From: Candidatus Aenigmatarchaeota archaeon
Lineage (GTDB): Archaea; Thermoplasmatota; Thermoplasmata; Halarchaeoplasmatales; Halarchaeoplasmataceae
Direction of reading: 5' to 3'
Assembly: GCA_046537845.1 (NCBI GenBank)
Contig: JBKHKA010000007.1
Location: 1,249 to 65,248 of the forward strand
Length of the DNA: 64,000 nucleotides
Shown here: in pieces, positions 53,873 to 62,514 of the stretch
Layout of the letters: each line of letters begins with the position of its first letter
Numbering within the stretch: position 1 is the stretch's first letter
The notes under the pieces: generated by a model
The model's input: only the letters and a program-made list of their open reading frames with translations
Database searches by the model: none
Told to the model about the DNA's origin: nothing
Made by a program: the position numbers and the translations under genes

Positions 53873-54727
53873 ATGAAAAAAGAGATGTTAAAGAAATTGG
53901 ACGCAAGGTTGGCTAAAGGTGAGATCTCTGAAGAGCTCTACAACGAGATCGTGTCGAGGTACGAAGATGAAGAAGAGGACATAGGTGAGGACTTAGAAGT
54001 GGAAGTGGATATAGGAAAAAAGGATGAAGAGGTATCAAAAGACGAAAAGAAGGAGGAAAAAACGAAGCGTGTCAGCATATCTGGCGCCTCAAAGATAGAC
54101 GGATGCAACTGCGAGATCTTCAGCGCCTCCGGCGCTTCCAAGGTCGCAGGTGATCTCAGAGCGGACGATGCAGATGTTTCTGGCGCGACGAAGATAGAGG
54201 GCGACGCATACTTCGGAAAACTGGATTCCAGCGGTTCGCTGAAAGTGATGGGAAAGAGTGAAGGTGAAAAACTCGACCTCAGCGGTGCTGCAAAGTTCGA
54301 GGACGACGTGAAAGTGGACGTGATCGATTCTTCTGGTTCCTTCAAGGCGAAAGGGAACGTAGATTGCTCTTCTATGAGCGCTAGCGGTGCCATAAAGATA
54401 CACGGTGTTTTGAGAGGCGATATAGCGCTCAAGGTCTCAGGCAACTCTAAGGTGAAAAAGATAGAAGGCGGAGACGTTATGGTCGAAAGTGGAGGATCTA
54501 GATACTTTTCCTTCGGCTTCGGAAAATCCGGTTCGCTGGAAGTCGAAAGCATCAGCGGAGACGATATCTATCTAGAGAACACGAAAGCTGAGAGCGTCAC
54601 GGGGGACAAAGTTGTCATAGGTCCAGGATGTAAGATAGAGAATGTGAAAGCCAAGGATCTCAAAGTGCACGAATCCGCGACCGTGGAAAACAAAAAGACC
54701 TTGAAAGAGATAGAAAAGTCATCATAG
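53873..54727 (+). CDS. SHOCT-like N-terminus + beta-helical repeat protein (bactofilin/DUF4097-like polymer-forming candidate) (284 aa)
   Basis: LDARLAKGEISEELYNEIVSRY, an acidic linker, then at least eight ~18-aa repeats carrying SG(A/S)xK(I/V) (SGASKIDG, SGASKVAG, SGATKIEG, SGSLKVMG, SGAAKFED, SGSFKAKG, SGAIKIHG, SGNSKVKK). ATG 53873 follows an aggtg box. Confidence 0.55.
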   Translation: MKKEMLKKLDARLAKGEISEELYNEIVSRYEDEEEDIGEDLEVEVDIGKKDEEVSKDEKKEEKTKRVSISGASKIDGCNCEIFSASGASKVAGDLRADDADVSGATKIEGDAYFGKLDSSGSLKVMGKSEGEKLDLSGAAKFEDDVKVDVIDSSGSFKAKGNVDCSSMSASGAIKIHGVLRGDIALKVSGNSKVKKIEGGDVMVESGGSRYFSFGFGKSGSLEVESISGDDIYLENTKAESVTGDKVVIGPGCKIENVKAKDLKVHESATVENKKTLKEIEKSS

Positions 54728-54776
54728 GAAAATTTCATATCTCTTTATTTCAATATGCGTGTAGAGATGATATGTC

Positions 54777-55214
54777 ATGGATAGGTTGAATGTCTTCGCT
54801 GTCATCGCCTTGCTGATATTGATAGCAGTGGGATCGGCTTTCACGGGATGCATAGAGGAAGATTTCGATCCTAAAGTTGAGATGACTATACCAGAGGCTG
54901 AGATGAAAGAGAAAGACATCGACAACAATCCTCCAGAGGAAGGCCACTTCTTCTTAGACCTCAACGTGAGTTTAGAGAACTCGGGTGAAGACAGGCATCT
55001 ATATCCCGTGCCGAGATATTTCAAACTAGAAAGTGATGCGGGAAAAAATTATACGTGCTACAACGAAAGAGGTATGCCGGATGAGATAGAACCCGGTGAA
55101 ACGAAGAATTTTTGGATCACCTTCGAGATCCCTAAAGATGAGAAAGGGGATATACTTCGTTATGAACCCGATTGGATCAATGAGCCTCTCGAAGCCGAAG
55201 TACCGGGGTATTGA
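54777..55214 (+). CDS. Putative lipoprotein with a DUF4352-like Ig-fold (145 aa)
   Basis: Signal peptide with lipobox-like AFTGC. C-terminal GETKNFWITFEIPKDE is typical of DUF4352-type domains. Confidence 0.5.
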   Translation: MDRLNVFAVIALLILIAVGSAFTGCIEEDFDPKVEMTIPEAEMKEKDIDNNPPEEGHFFLDLNVSLENSGEDRHLYPVPRYFKLESDAGKNYTCYNERGMPDEIEPGETKNFWITFEIPKDEKGDILRYEPDWINEPLEAEVPGY

Positions 55215-55231
55215 GGCGGGTCCTTCAGCCA

Positions 55232-55837
55232 TTATTCTTTGAGGTAGTCGGGCAGCTTCAAGATCAGAACATAAACGAGGGATAAACTGAGGAGTCCAAA
55301 GGCTAGAGAGCTTGCAAATGTGATGGGGTGAGCCTCATAGGTGCTAAAATCAAAAGATCCCGCCGCTATTACTAAAGATCCCAGCAGGGCGATGATAAAG
55401 GACAATACAGAATACCTGAAGAGAGAATCGCCCCACTCTTTCTTGTATCTATCAATTGTTTCTGCAAATGTGCCTTTGTTTTCTCTCAAGAGGATGTCTC
55501 TCCTGACGAGTTCTTCTATGTACACCGCACCGCCGTAAAAAAGGATGAAAAGGACACTGAACAGGGAGATGGTCAGTAGAGAGAGCGGCGTATTTAGATT
55601 ATACATGTAGAATATCCCAGCAGCGAGGACGAGCCCCATATAGATCAAACTTTTCTTTTTATAGAGCACGCCTAGGGCGGAGATGAATCCTCCCATGATA
55701 GTAATGAACCATCCCATAGCGGGATAGAGTAACACCGCTGTGAGCAGGACCAGAAAGCTCAAGACGAAGATGGATTTGACGAGCTCTTTTCTTTCCTTGA
55801 GAAATGCAGGGAAGTTATAAACGAGTTTATAGTTCAT
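55232..55837 (-). CDS. Polytopic membrane protein (201 aa), last gene of the DUF58 operon
   Basis: 5-6 hydrophobic helices. ATG 55837 overlaps the DUF58 stop as ATGA. Confidence 0.6.
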   Translation of the reverse strand: MNYKLVYNFPAFLKERKELVKSIFVLSFLVLLTAVLLYPAMGWFITIMGGFISALGVLYKKKSLIYMGLVLAAGIFYMYNLNTPLSLLTISLFSVLFILFYGGAVYIEELVRRDILLRENKGTFAETIDRYKKEWGDSLFRYSVLSFIIALLGSLVIAAGSFDFSTYEAHPITFASSLAFGLLSLSLVYVLILKLPDYLKE

Positions 55838-57105
55838 CTTCTCATCTGATATCGTTTCACCCCCTCCACAGCGACCTCTAGTGGTTCGTTGGGATCCCAA
55901 TCGATCACAGGTCCGTAATCCCTCAACCGGGCCATCCTATTCATCCTCTCGATCCTCTGCAATTTTTCCGCTAGATCTTCATTCCCTTGTATATGTTTTT
56001 TCTGGAGTTCTAAAGGCGATGGAGATAGTACCGCGATCTCATATCTTTTTCTAGCTAACTCCGCTATAGCTTCCGTTACCTTTTCACTGCTCAGTGGAGA
56101 GATGAAAACCAGCAGACACCTAGACGGGAATATCTTATCCAGGATGTATCTAGCGTGCTCCAGCCGCCAGTAACTCCCGCTCTCTAGGTCCATCAGGTTG
56201 TTCATAATCTCGTACATCTGTTCCTGACCGGATTTGGGATATACCCATCTAACGAAATTTCCTATAACCAATAAACCGACCCTGTTCCTGTCCGCGATTA
56301 TGTCGGAAGCCAAACTCGTAGCGGCTCTAACCGAATGTTTCAACATGTTATCCTCGAAGACACCGACGTTAGACTCGTGGAAAGCGTCGACTATGATCAC
56401 CACGTCCCCGCTCTTTTCGCTTTCATAAGCGTTGCTTTTAGGGTCCAGATACCTGGCGGTGGCTTTCCAGTTGATGTCTCTCATCTCATCCCCCTGCACA
56501 TATTCCCTTATCGAAAAAAAATCTGATCCCACGCCCATCTGCCCCGACTTTATGTTGCCGAGCCAACCCCGGGTATGTTTGGGCCTCAATTTCGTTCTGC
56601 TCAGCTCTTCTATCGGAGGCAGTGCCACCACGCTCAAAGGCTCATCGAATTCCCACTCCCTGGAAAATAATTTTAGCGGATCTGAATACCTGACCTTGAC
56701 CGGCCCTATCCTATAATTTTCCGTCTTCAAGAACTTGATCTTGTATTCTATCTTCTTTTCCTCTTGTGGATCCAAAAAGAGAAGATGATGGTTCGATCCC
56801 TCGATGACTTTTATGTTCTTCGGCAGCTCGTCTTTTATCTCTAGAAAAACCCTTGAATCACTGTGATTTTCAACGGTCAGTCCAACGGTGAACTCCTCTC
56901 CTTCATAGGTGTGGGCCTCCTCCTGCTCCCTTTCAATAACCACTGAATCATCATCAGGGGGGTAGCTCAGATACCCTACGGCGATCAAAACTACAGAAGT
57001 GAACGCCAATATCAAGAGTATCTGAGCGAAGAAAGTGAGACTTATAGCCAAGGAGAAGAGAAAAAATGCGAACAGATAAACAAAATTTTTTGTCCTCATA
57101 CTCAC
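55834..57105 (-). CDS. DUF58-domain protein (vWA-like, normally MoxR-associated) (423 aa)
   Basis: Two N-terminal TM helices and the DUF58 signature FFSIREYVQGDEMRDINWKATAR. Confidence 0.85.
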   Translation of the reverse strand: MSMRTKNFVYLFAFFLFSLAISLTFFAQILLILAFTSVVLIAVGYLSYPPDDDSVVIEREQEEAHTYEGEEFTVGLTVENHSDSRVFLEIKDELPKNIKVIEGSNHHLLFLDPQEEKKIEYKIKFLKTENYRIGPVKVRYSDPLKLFSREWEFDEPLSVVALPPIEELSRTKLRPKHTRGWLGNIKSGQMGVGSDFFSIREYVQGDEMRDINWKATARYLDPKSNAYESEKSGDVVIIVDAFHESNVGVFEDNMLKHSVRAATSLASDIIADRNRVGLLVIGNFVRWVYPKSGQEQMYEIMNNLMDLESGSYWRLEHARYILDKIFPSRCLLVFISPLSSEKVTEAIAELARKRYEIAVLSPSPLELQKKHIQGNEDLAEKLQRIERMNRMARLRDYGPVIDWDPNEPLEVAVEGVKRYQMRR

Positions 57106-57737
57106 GCTTTCTCCCCCTCCTCCTCGATGCGGTACAGTTCTTCCAACTCCTTGATGGCGAGGTCGACCTTTTCATCAAAATCCATAGATGTGTCTTCAAA
57201 ACTCTTTGTTCTCTCCTCTGAGAACAGATCGGTCCCTTCCACTTTATCCGCTGTCTTCAGATCATTAAGATCGACAGCGCTTTTCAGGTACCCGCGGAGC
57301 CTCTCGTTGTCCACTCTTTTCTTCAGTTCTTCGGGGTCGTTTTTCAATGTCTCTATCTCCTCCTCGGATAGATTTTTCTCTCGTCTGAGAGCCCAGTAGA
57401 CCTGTTCTTTTATCCTCTCCTCGATGAGAGCCCGTTTCACCTTCTGCCCTTTTCTCGCTTTCCTCACATCCACCATGTCCTTTTCTAGCGGGAGTCTTGA
57501 AAACTCCTCTCTCTCCTCCGTGCTTGTCCAAAAATCGGGTGCCGCACTGCCAACGTTCATCTTCTCCGCCATCAGCCATATCGGCACCACAACCAGGATG
57601 ATCACCACGGCGGCCCTCAACCCCCTGCCGAACATCACGAGAAACAGGAGGGTCAATATGGCTATGATCTTCATGGACAACATATAAACGGATCCTTCTC
57701 TTTCCAATATCCTATTTACTCCCCTTAACCCTGGCAC
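57102..57737 (-). CDS. Membrane-anchored K/E-rich coiled-coil protein (about 190-211 aa)
   Basis: Two TM helices followed by a charged helical region. 4-nt overlap with DUF58 and 1-nt gap from the DUF4129 gene. Start uncertain (GTG 57737, or ATG 57683/57674). Confidence 0.55.
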   Translation of the reverse strand: MPGLRGVNRILEREGSVYMLSMKIIAILTLLFLVMFGRGLRAAVVIILVVVPIWLMAEKMNVGSAAPDFWTSTEEREEFSRLPLEKDMVDVRKARKGQKVKRALIEERIKEQVYWALRREKNLSEEEIETLKNDPEELKKRVDNERLRGYLKSAVDLNDLKTADKVEGTDLFSEERTKSFEDTSMDFDEKVDLAIKELEELYRIEEEGEKA

Positions 57738-57738
57738 G

Positions 57739-58602
57739 TTATCCGGCCTCTAGTTCTTCTTTTATCTTCTGAAAATTCCTTATCGTTCTCTCACGGTGAG
57801 CTTCTTTCAGAGGATGGTCACTGTATTTCGCCTTTTCGAACAATCTCGTCATCTCATCTATGGTGCTCTCTTCTAGCTGTAATCTTTCTATCGCCTTCTT
57901 CTCTAGCTCTCTTGGGGTGTAAGAAACCTCCTGAGGAACTCCTTCTTCTTCTAGAAAGATACACATCTTCTGGTAATTCCGGATGATCACGTCCCTCACG
58001 TCTTTACCCTGATGGAGTTCTCGGATGGCTTTTTCTGCCGTGGTGGAGATATCTTCCTTTTCATCGGTCTCCTCGTCAGCAGAGGATTTATACATCCTGT
58101 AGAAAAACAACGCTAAGATGAGTGAAAGAACGATGATGATCAACCCTCCAAGTGTGTTCGAACCACCCACTTCAAAGAGGGGTGCGGTTATCTCCTCGGA
58201 AGAGATGTCCGGAATCGGTACCCAATCAAACAAACCCCCTATCTTTGTAAACAATTCCATCATGAAGTACAAAAATACTATTGATAAACCCAGCACCAGA
58301 AATCCCAAAACATACATCCAAGATTTTTTGAGCTCCTTTTTGGACCGGGAGAGAAGGGCGATCACCGCTCCCCCCAATAACACACCCACAAATACATACT
58401 TTATATACTCTGGTACGTGTAAAGATAGAGAACTTCCCCCACCTTCTTCAAACTCCTGCTCAATCGGCTCTTTCTCCATCCAAGTTTCTCCTTCCGATAT
58501 CCAAAAATAGGCCGAAGTGACATTGGCCAAGGTCCAGGCGAGTATCAGCAAGATGATGAGACTTGTGATGAATGTCTCTTTTCTGCTTAAGCGGAGTTCC
58601 AT
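57739..58602 (-). CDS. DUF4129-domain membrane protein (287 aa)
   Basis: TM helices plus the C-terminal pattern YTPRELEKKAIE...LTRLFEKAKYSDHPL typical of DUF4129. Confidence 0.7.
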   Translation of the reverse strand: MELRLSRKETFITSLIILLILAWTLANVTSAYFWISEGETWMEKEPIEQEFEEGGGSSLSLHVPEYIKYVFVGVLLGGAVIALLSRSKKELKKSWMYVLGFLVLGLSIVFLYFMMELFTKIGGLFDWVPIPDISSEEITAPLFEVGGSNTLGGLIIIVLSLILALFFYRMYKSSADEETDEKEDISTTAEKAIRELHQGKDVRDVIIRNYQKMCIFLEEEGVPQEVSYTPRELEKKAIERLQLEESTIDEMTRLFEKAKYSDHPLKEAHRERTIRNFQKIKEELEAG

Positions 58603-58652
58603 CGTTGATCAACTCATATATGGAATGAATTTTAAAGATTGTCGCCCAAAAC

Positions 58653-59882
58653 TCAATTTTCTTTCAAAATAGGCACCACGATACCTCCTTCCAGCAGGAA
58701 GGTCGCTTTGCCCCCAGTTTTTGTTAACGCCTCATCTACCGCCCTTTGCACGCTCTCCTTCGGCTCCATAAAGACCTCTTCCAATGTTGTATCATCAAGA
58801 TCCGTTACAGCCCAAAGAGAGGATCTAGAGCAGAGGTCCACCATCTTGGCCGCCTTGTGATAACCCAACTTGTACTCCTCTTCTATCTTTTTGATCACCC
58901 CTTCGGGGCTGTCTTTCGACGCCATCAGTTCGTAGAAATTTTTCGGCCCGATACCTTCGGGGCACCGGGAGAGCAGTATGAGGATGCCGCCTTCCTTCAA
59001 CGCGAGTTTTCCATTTTCTATCGCCTTATGGCTCTGGTACAGGTTCATATCCATCGGGTGAGCACCGACCACCACGACTTCGGACCTCTGGTCTATCGGC
59101 ACCGCAAAAGTACTCTCGGCCACCTTCGTCTCTTCCATGAATACTTTTTTCATGTCCCCCGCACTAGCACTGTGGATATCTCCATCTTTGTCGAGCGTCA
59201 TGTTGATAGCGAAAATCTCGCCGTCGAACATCTCAAAGGCTTCCATCATGTCCTGGTGAACGGGATTGCCTTCTAACCGCAGTGTTCTAGCATCTTCCTC
59301 CAAGGCGTGTCGATGGTTTTGAGTTATGGTTTCATATGAAGACACGCCAGGTATGAGCGATTTTCTTCCCCCTGTGAACCCCGCAAAATAGTGTGGTTCT
59401 ACTGTATTTATGGCCACCACTCTCTCTACACCGCAGACCTTTTCATTGAACTTCACCTCCGTACCCCTAGAAGTGGTTCCATGGTATACCATCTCATCTT
59501 CCTTCGCATCGTGAACGTGAACTTTCTCTTTAACTCCTTCATACAGGTCTCCAAATATCCACTCTAACTCTTCCTCCGTGGGTCCCCTATGTGAGCCTGT
59601 AGCCACGATGAATTCCACGTCGTGTTCTTCTATCTCATCCTTCACGGTTTCGAGTACTCTAGCAGTCGGCGTGGGCCTCTGAGCGTCGTTCACTATGAAC
59701 AATGAACCGTCGGTCAAAAAATCGGAAAATTTGGGTCTATCTATGGGTGAGGCTAGAGCCTTCTTTATCACTTCTCTTTCGTCCCTCTTTTCCACCTCGT
59801 TCGCTTCCAGAACAGCATCGACTTTGTCGTCCTCCACATCCACAGTCGCTCTTTCTCCTGCATAGGGTATATCGATCCGCAT
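58653..59882 (-). CDS. larA: LarA-family nickel-pincer-dependent racemase/epimerase (DUF2088) (409 aa)
   Basis: NDAQRPTP, ATGSHRGPT and VEPHYFAGFTGGRKSL. The last carries the conserved Lys that tethers the nickel-pincer nucleotide in characterised LarA. Confidence 0.8.
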   Translation of the reverse strand: MRIDIPYAGERATVDVEDDKVDAVLEANEVEKRDEREVIKKALASPIDRPKFSDFLTDGSLFIVNDAQRPTPTARVLETVKDEIEEHDVEFIVATGSHRGPTEEELEWIFGDLYEGVKEKVHVHDAKEDEMVYHGTTSRGTEVKFNEKVCGVERVVAINTVEPHYFAGFTGGRKSLIPGVSSYETITQNHRHALEEDARTLRLEGNPVHQDMMEAFEMFDGEIFAINMTLDKDGDIHSASAGDMKKVFMEETKVAESTFAVPIDQRSEVVVVGAHPMDMNLYQSHKAIENGKLALKEGGILILLSRCPEGIGPKNFYELMASKDSPEGVIKKIEEEYKLGYHKAAKMVDLCSRSSLWAVTDLDDTTLEEVFMEPKESVQRAVDEALTKTGGKATFLLEGGIVVPILKEN

Positions 59883-59968
59883 GGTCCTTCAACTTTTCCG
59901 CAGGCATTTAATCTTTTTCTACGATCGTCGGGAAAGATTTATCATCGGATCGTGTTTATTTAAGAGGT

Positions 59969-60622
59969 ATGGATATCAAAATCGGTAAAAAAATAAGCCC
60001 CCGTATCATCATCTTTACAGCTTTCATCTTAGCTTTCTCGATGCTGAGTGTAGCGGTCATAGCTGGCTGGACACGGGCCCTCGACGAGTATATCTATCTC
60101 GTCCTTTCTGATCAAGTTCAAGGGATCGTTCTTGACTTTTTTGCCTGCTTTACATACCTCGGTTCAGTCTATGTTGTACTTCCCCTCATGATAGGTGTGA
60201 TGTACTTCTTCTACATATCGAAAAAGAGCGATTTGACTCTCAACTATGGGATCATGATGGCCTCGGCTCTGCTGTCTTTCCTGGTAGTCAAATACTTGAT
60301 AGGAAGGCCGCGCCCGGGAGCGGGGATGGAGCATCCCTCCATATCGATCGTTTACGGTTATCCCAGCGGGCACACCACCGGCATGTTCACTCTGCTCCTC
60401 GGATTCTATGTCTTTTACTTTTTGAAGTGGAAAGGGAAGGGGAATGGTTTTATCCTGGCTTTTTGCCTGTTGATCGCTTCGGGAGTGGGATTTTCAAGGC
60501 TCGCAGTGGGAGTCCATTATCTCACGGACATCCTAGGCGGAGTGCTGTTGAGCGGTATATGGGTAACTTTCTTTTACATCTGGATCGGTGAAGAAGAGAG
60601 TGATGGAATTGCAGACGGATGA
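59969..60622 (+). CDS. PAP2-family phosphatase (217 aa)
   Basis: The three PAP2 motifs KYLIGRPRP, PSGHT and SRLAVGVHYLTD. Six TM helices. Confidence 0.85.
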   Translation: MDIKIGKKISPRIIIFTAFILAFSMLSVAVIAGWTRALDEYIYLVLSDQVQGIVLDFFACFTYLGSVYVVLPLMIGVMYFFYISKKSDLTLNYGIMMASALLSFLVVKYLIGRPRPGAGMEHPSISIVYGYPSGHTTGMFTLLLGFYVFYFLKWKGKGNGFILAFCLLIASGVGFSRLAVGVHYLTDILGGVLLSGIWVTFFYIWIGEEESDGIADG

Positions 60623-61787
60623 AGGATCTTTCTCAAAATTCGTAGTGATGGTCCTCCTGCTGATGGGGGCATTAGGAGTCATGGGTGGTGGATTGGTAGC
60701 TCCGGGTCTGCCTACCATCGGGGCGGCTTTTGATGTGCCGGAAGAACAGGTGGGGCTGATCCTCAGCATCTATACTCTTGCGGCGGCGATCAGCTTGCCG
60801 CTTACAGGTTACTTCATCGATTCTATCGGCCGAAGAAAGGTCGGCTTGGCCTGCCTTCTCATCGATGGTTCGGCAGGCTTAGCTATCGTCTTCGCCCCTG
60901 ATTTCTCCACCCTCCTGGTGCTCCGGTTCATACAGGGTATAGGGATAGCCGGTTTGATGCCTGTAGCCATGACCGTTATCGGTGACCTTTTTTCGGGGGA
61001 CCGACGTTTAAAGGTCATGGGATATCTGTCAGGCACTATCTCCCTCGGGGCGGCGGTGATACCACTAGTGGGTGGATTTCTCGCCGCGATCGACTGGAAA
61101 TTGGTCTTTATGGTATATGGATTCTCGCTGCTGCTGGCAGTGTTTCTTTACTTCGTGATCCCGGAAACGGGTTCTGAGTCAAGAGGGACCGAATTCGACT
61201 CTCCTTTAGGATACGCATCATCCCTCTTTTCGGCCTTGAAGATAAAAGATATACGCAACGTGATGATACATTCCCTTGCACTATACTTTCTTCTCTACGC
61301 TTTGGTCACCTATTTGCCGATATTTTTGGTTCGAACACACGGTTTCGACGAGATATTCAACGGCATAGTTCTATCCGGGCAGGCCGTCTTTTCCGCTCTA
61401 TTCGCCTCTAGAGCGACTTTTTTAGCCAATCACTTCAACTGGCGAAAAAGAGCTTTTCTCGGATTCGGAATGATAAGCTTGAGCTTTTTTCTCCTCCCAT
61501 TCTGGCCCATAGGCAGCTACTCGATAAGTTTCAGTTTCATCTTCTTCGGGGTCGGCATGGGGATCGTTTCTCCCACCATCTATAACAGAGTAACTCACTT
61601 ATCTCCACCAGATCTCACCGGCTCGGTCATCTCCATCTTCAACACCATGAAATACGTGGGTATGACCTCCGCTCCCCTCCTGATAGGCCTATCTTTGATC
61701 TTCACCGACCTGAAAATCATCTTCCTTGGAGTTGGAGCGATCAGCGCATCGTGGGCCCTTTTCACCCTGGTCCCGGACTTGCGGTGA
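60603..61787 (+). CDS. MFS transporter (394 aa)
   Basis: Twelve hydrophobic segments and an MFS loop 2-3 motif GYFIDSIGRRKV. Start at ATG 60603 (the ORF track gives GTG 60588). Confidence 0.85.
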   Translation: MELQTDEGSFSKFVVMVLLLMGALGVMGGGLVAPGLPTIGAAFDVPEEQVGLILSIYTLAAAISLPLTGYFIDSIGRRKVGLACLLIDGSAGLAIVFAPDFSTLLVLRFIQGIGIAGLMPVAMTVIGDLFSGDRRLKVMGYLSGTISLGAAVIPLVGGFLAAIDWKLVFMVYGFSLLLAVFLYFVIPETGSESRGTEFDSPLGYASSLFSALKIKDIRNVMIHSLALYFLLYALVTYLPIFLVRTHGFDEIFNGIVLSGQAVFSALFASRATFLANHFNWRKRAFLGFGMISLSFFLLPFWPIGSYSISFSFIFFGVGMGIVSPTIYNRVTHLSPPDLTGSVISIFNTMKYVGMTSAPLLIGLSLIFTDLKIIFLGVGAISASWALFTLVPDLR

Positions 61788-61788
61788 G

Positions 61789-62346
61789 CTAATACTCGTA
61801 CCCTTCCACTTCACCCTTTTCGGCTTCTACACCCAGCCCCAAGGCTATCCGGTTCACGAAGTTGAAATACCCGGTGATAAGAGCTATATTCAAGATGTCC
61901 TGGTCGTTGAAATCCACATCTCTCAATACATCTGCATCTTCTTCTTTCATAGAATCGGGATCTAAGGTCAGTTTTTCAGCAAAGTTCAACATCCGGTCGT
62001 GCTTTTCGCTCAACTCTAGTGAGTTGTGGTCCTCAGCGAGGGCTTTTACCCTCTCCTCGTCTCTCCAGTAGTGGTCCAAAGCTTCCGAGTGATGAGCAAC
62101 GCAGTACTCACAGCCGTTTGCGGCGGAAACCACCACGGCTATCATCTCGCCTTCCTTTCTGCTCAAACTAGTATCTTTGAACATCACCGACATGTAAAGG
62201 TCGAGATGGGCCTTCATCGCCCTTGGGTTCAAACTGTGCACCTTCAGGATGTTGGAGACCTTTCCCCTGCTTTCCTTCAACGTATCATATATCTCTTCGA
62301 GCTCACCTTCAGCTTTTTCAACTTCTATCTCGTCTATCCAGGACAT
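61789..62346 (-). CDS. AhpD-like/carboxymuconolactone decarboxylase-family peroxidase-related protein (185 aa)
   Basis: CxxC motif in NGCEYCVAHH, and a uncharacterised-peroxidase-related layout with a C-terminal ITGYFNFVNRIA. Confidence 0.75.
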   Translation of the reverse strand: MSWIDEIEVEKAEGELEEIYDTLKESRGKVSNILKVHSLNPRAMKAHLDLYMSVMFKDTSLSRKEGEMIAVVVSAANGCEYCVAHHSEALDHYWRDEERVKALAEDHNSLELSEKHDRMLNFAEKLTLDPDSMKEEDADVLRDVDFNDQDILNIALITGYFNFVNRIALGLGVEAEKGEVEGYEY

Positions 62347-62514
62347 ATATCAGAGATAGATCATCGAGCTATTTAAAATAATTCCATCACAAAAAGATTA
62401 TCATGGTGAATCGGGTCGGGTTACTCCGGATGTATGGTTTGGCTATACTCCTTCAAGGGGTCAGAGATATAGATTTTGAAACCAAACTTTTGTGGGCTAG
62501 AAATCCGAGATATT

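Noticed and set aside
53938-54552. 204-aa minus-strand ORF opposite the beta-helix repeat gene
   Set aside because: It is an S/P/F-rich shadow. The plus-strand frame has a regular 18-aa repeat, a SHOCT-like N-terminus and an SD+ATG start.
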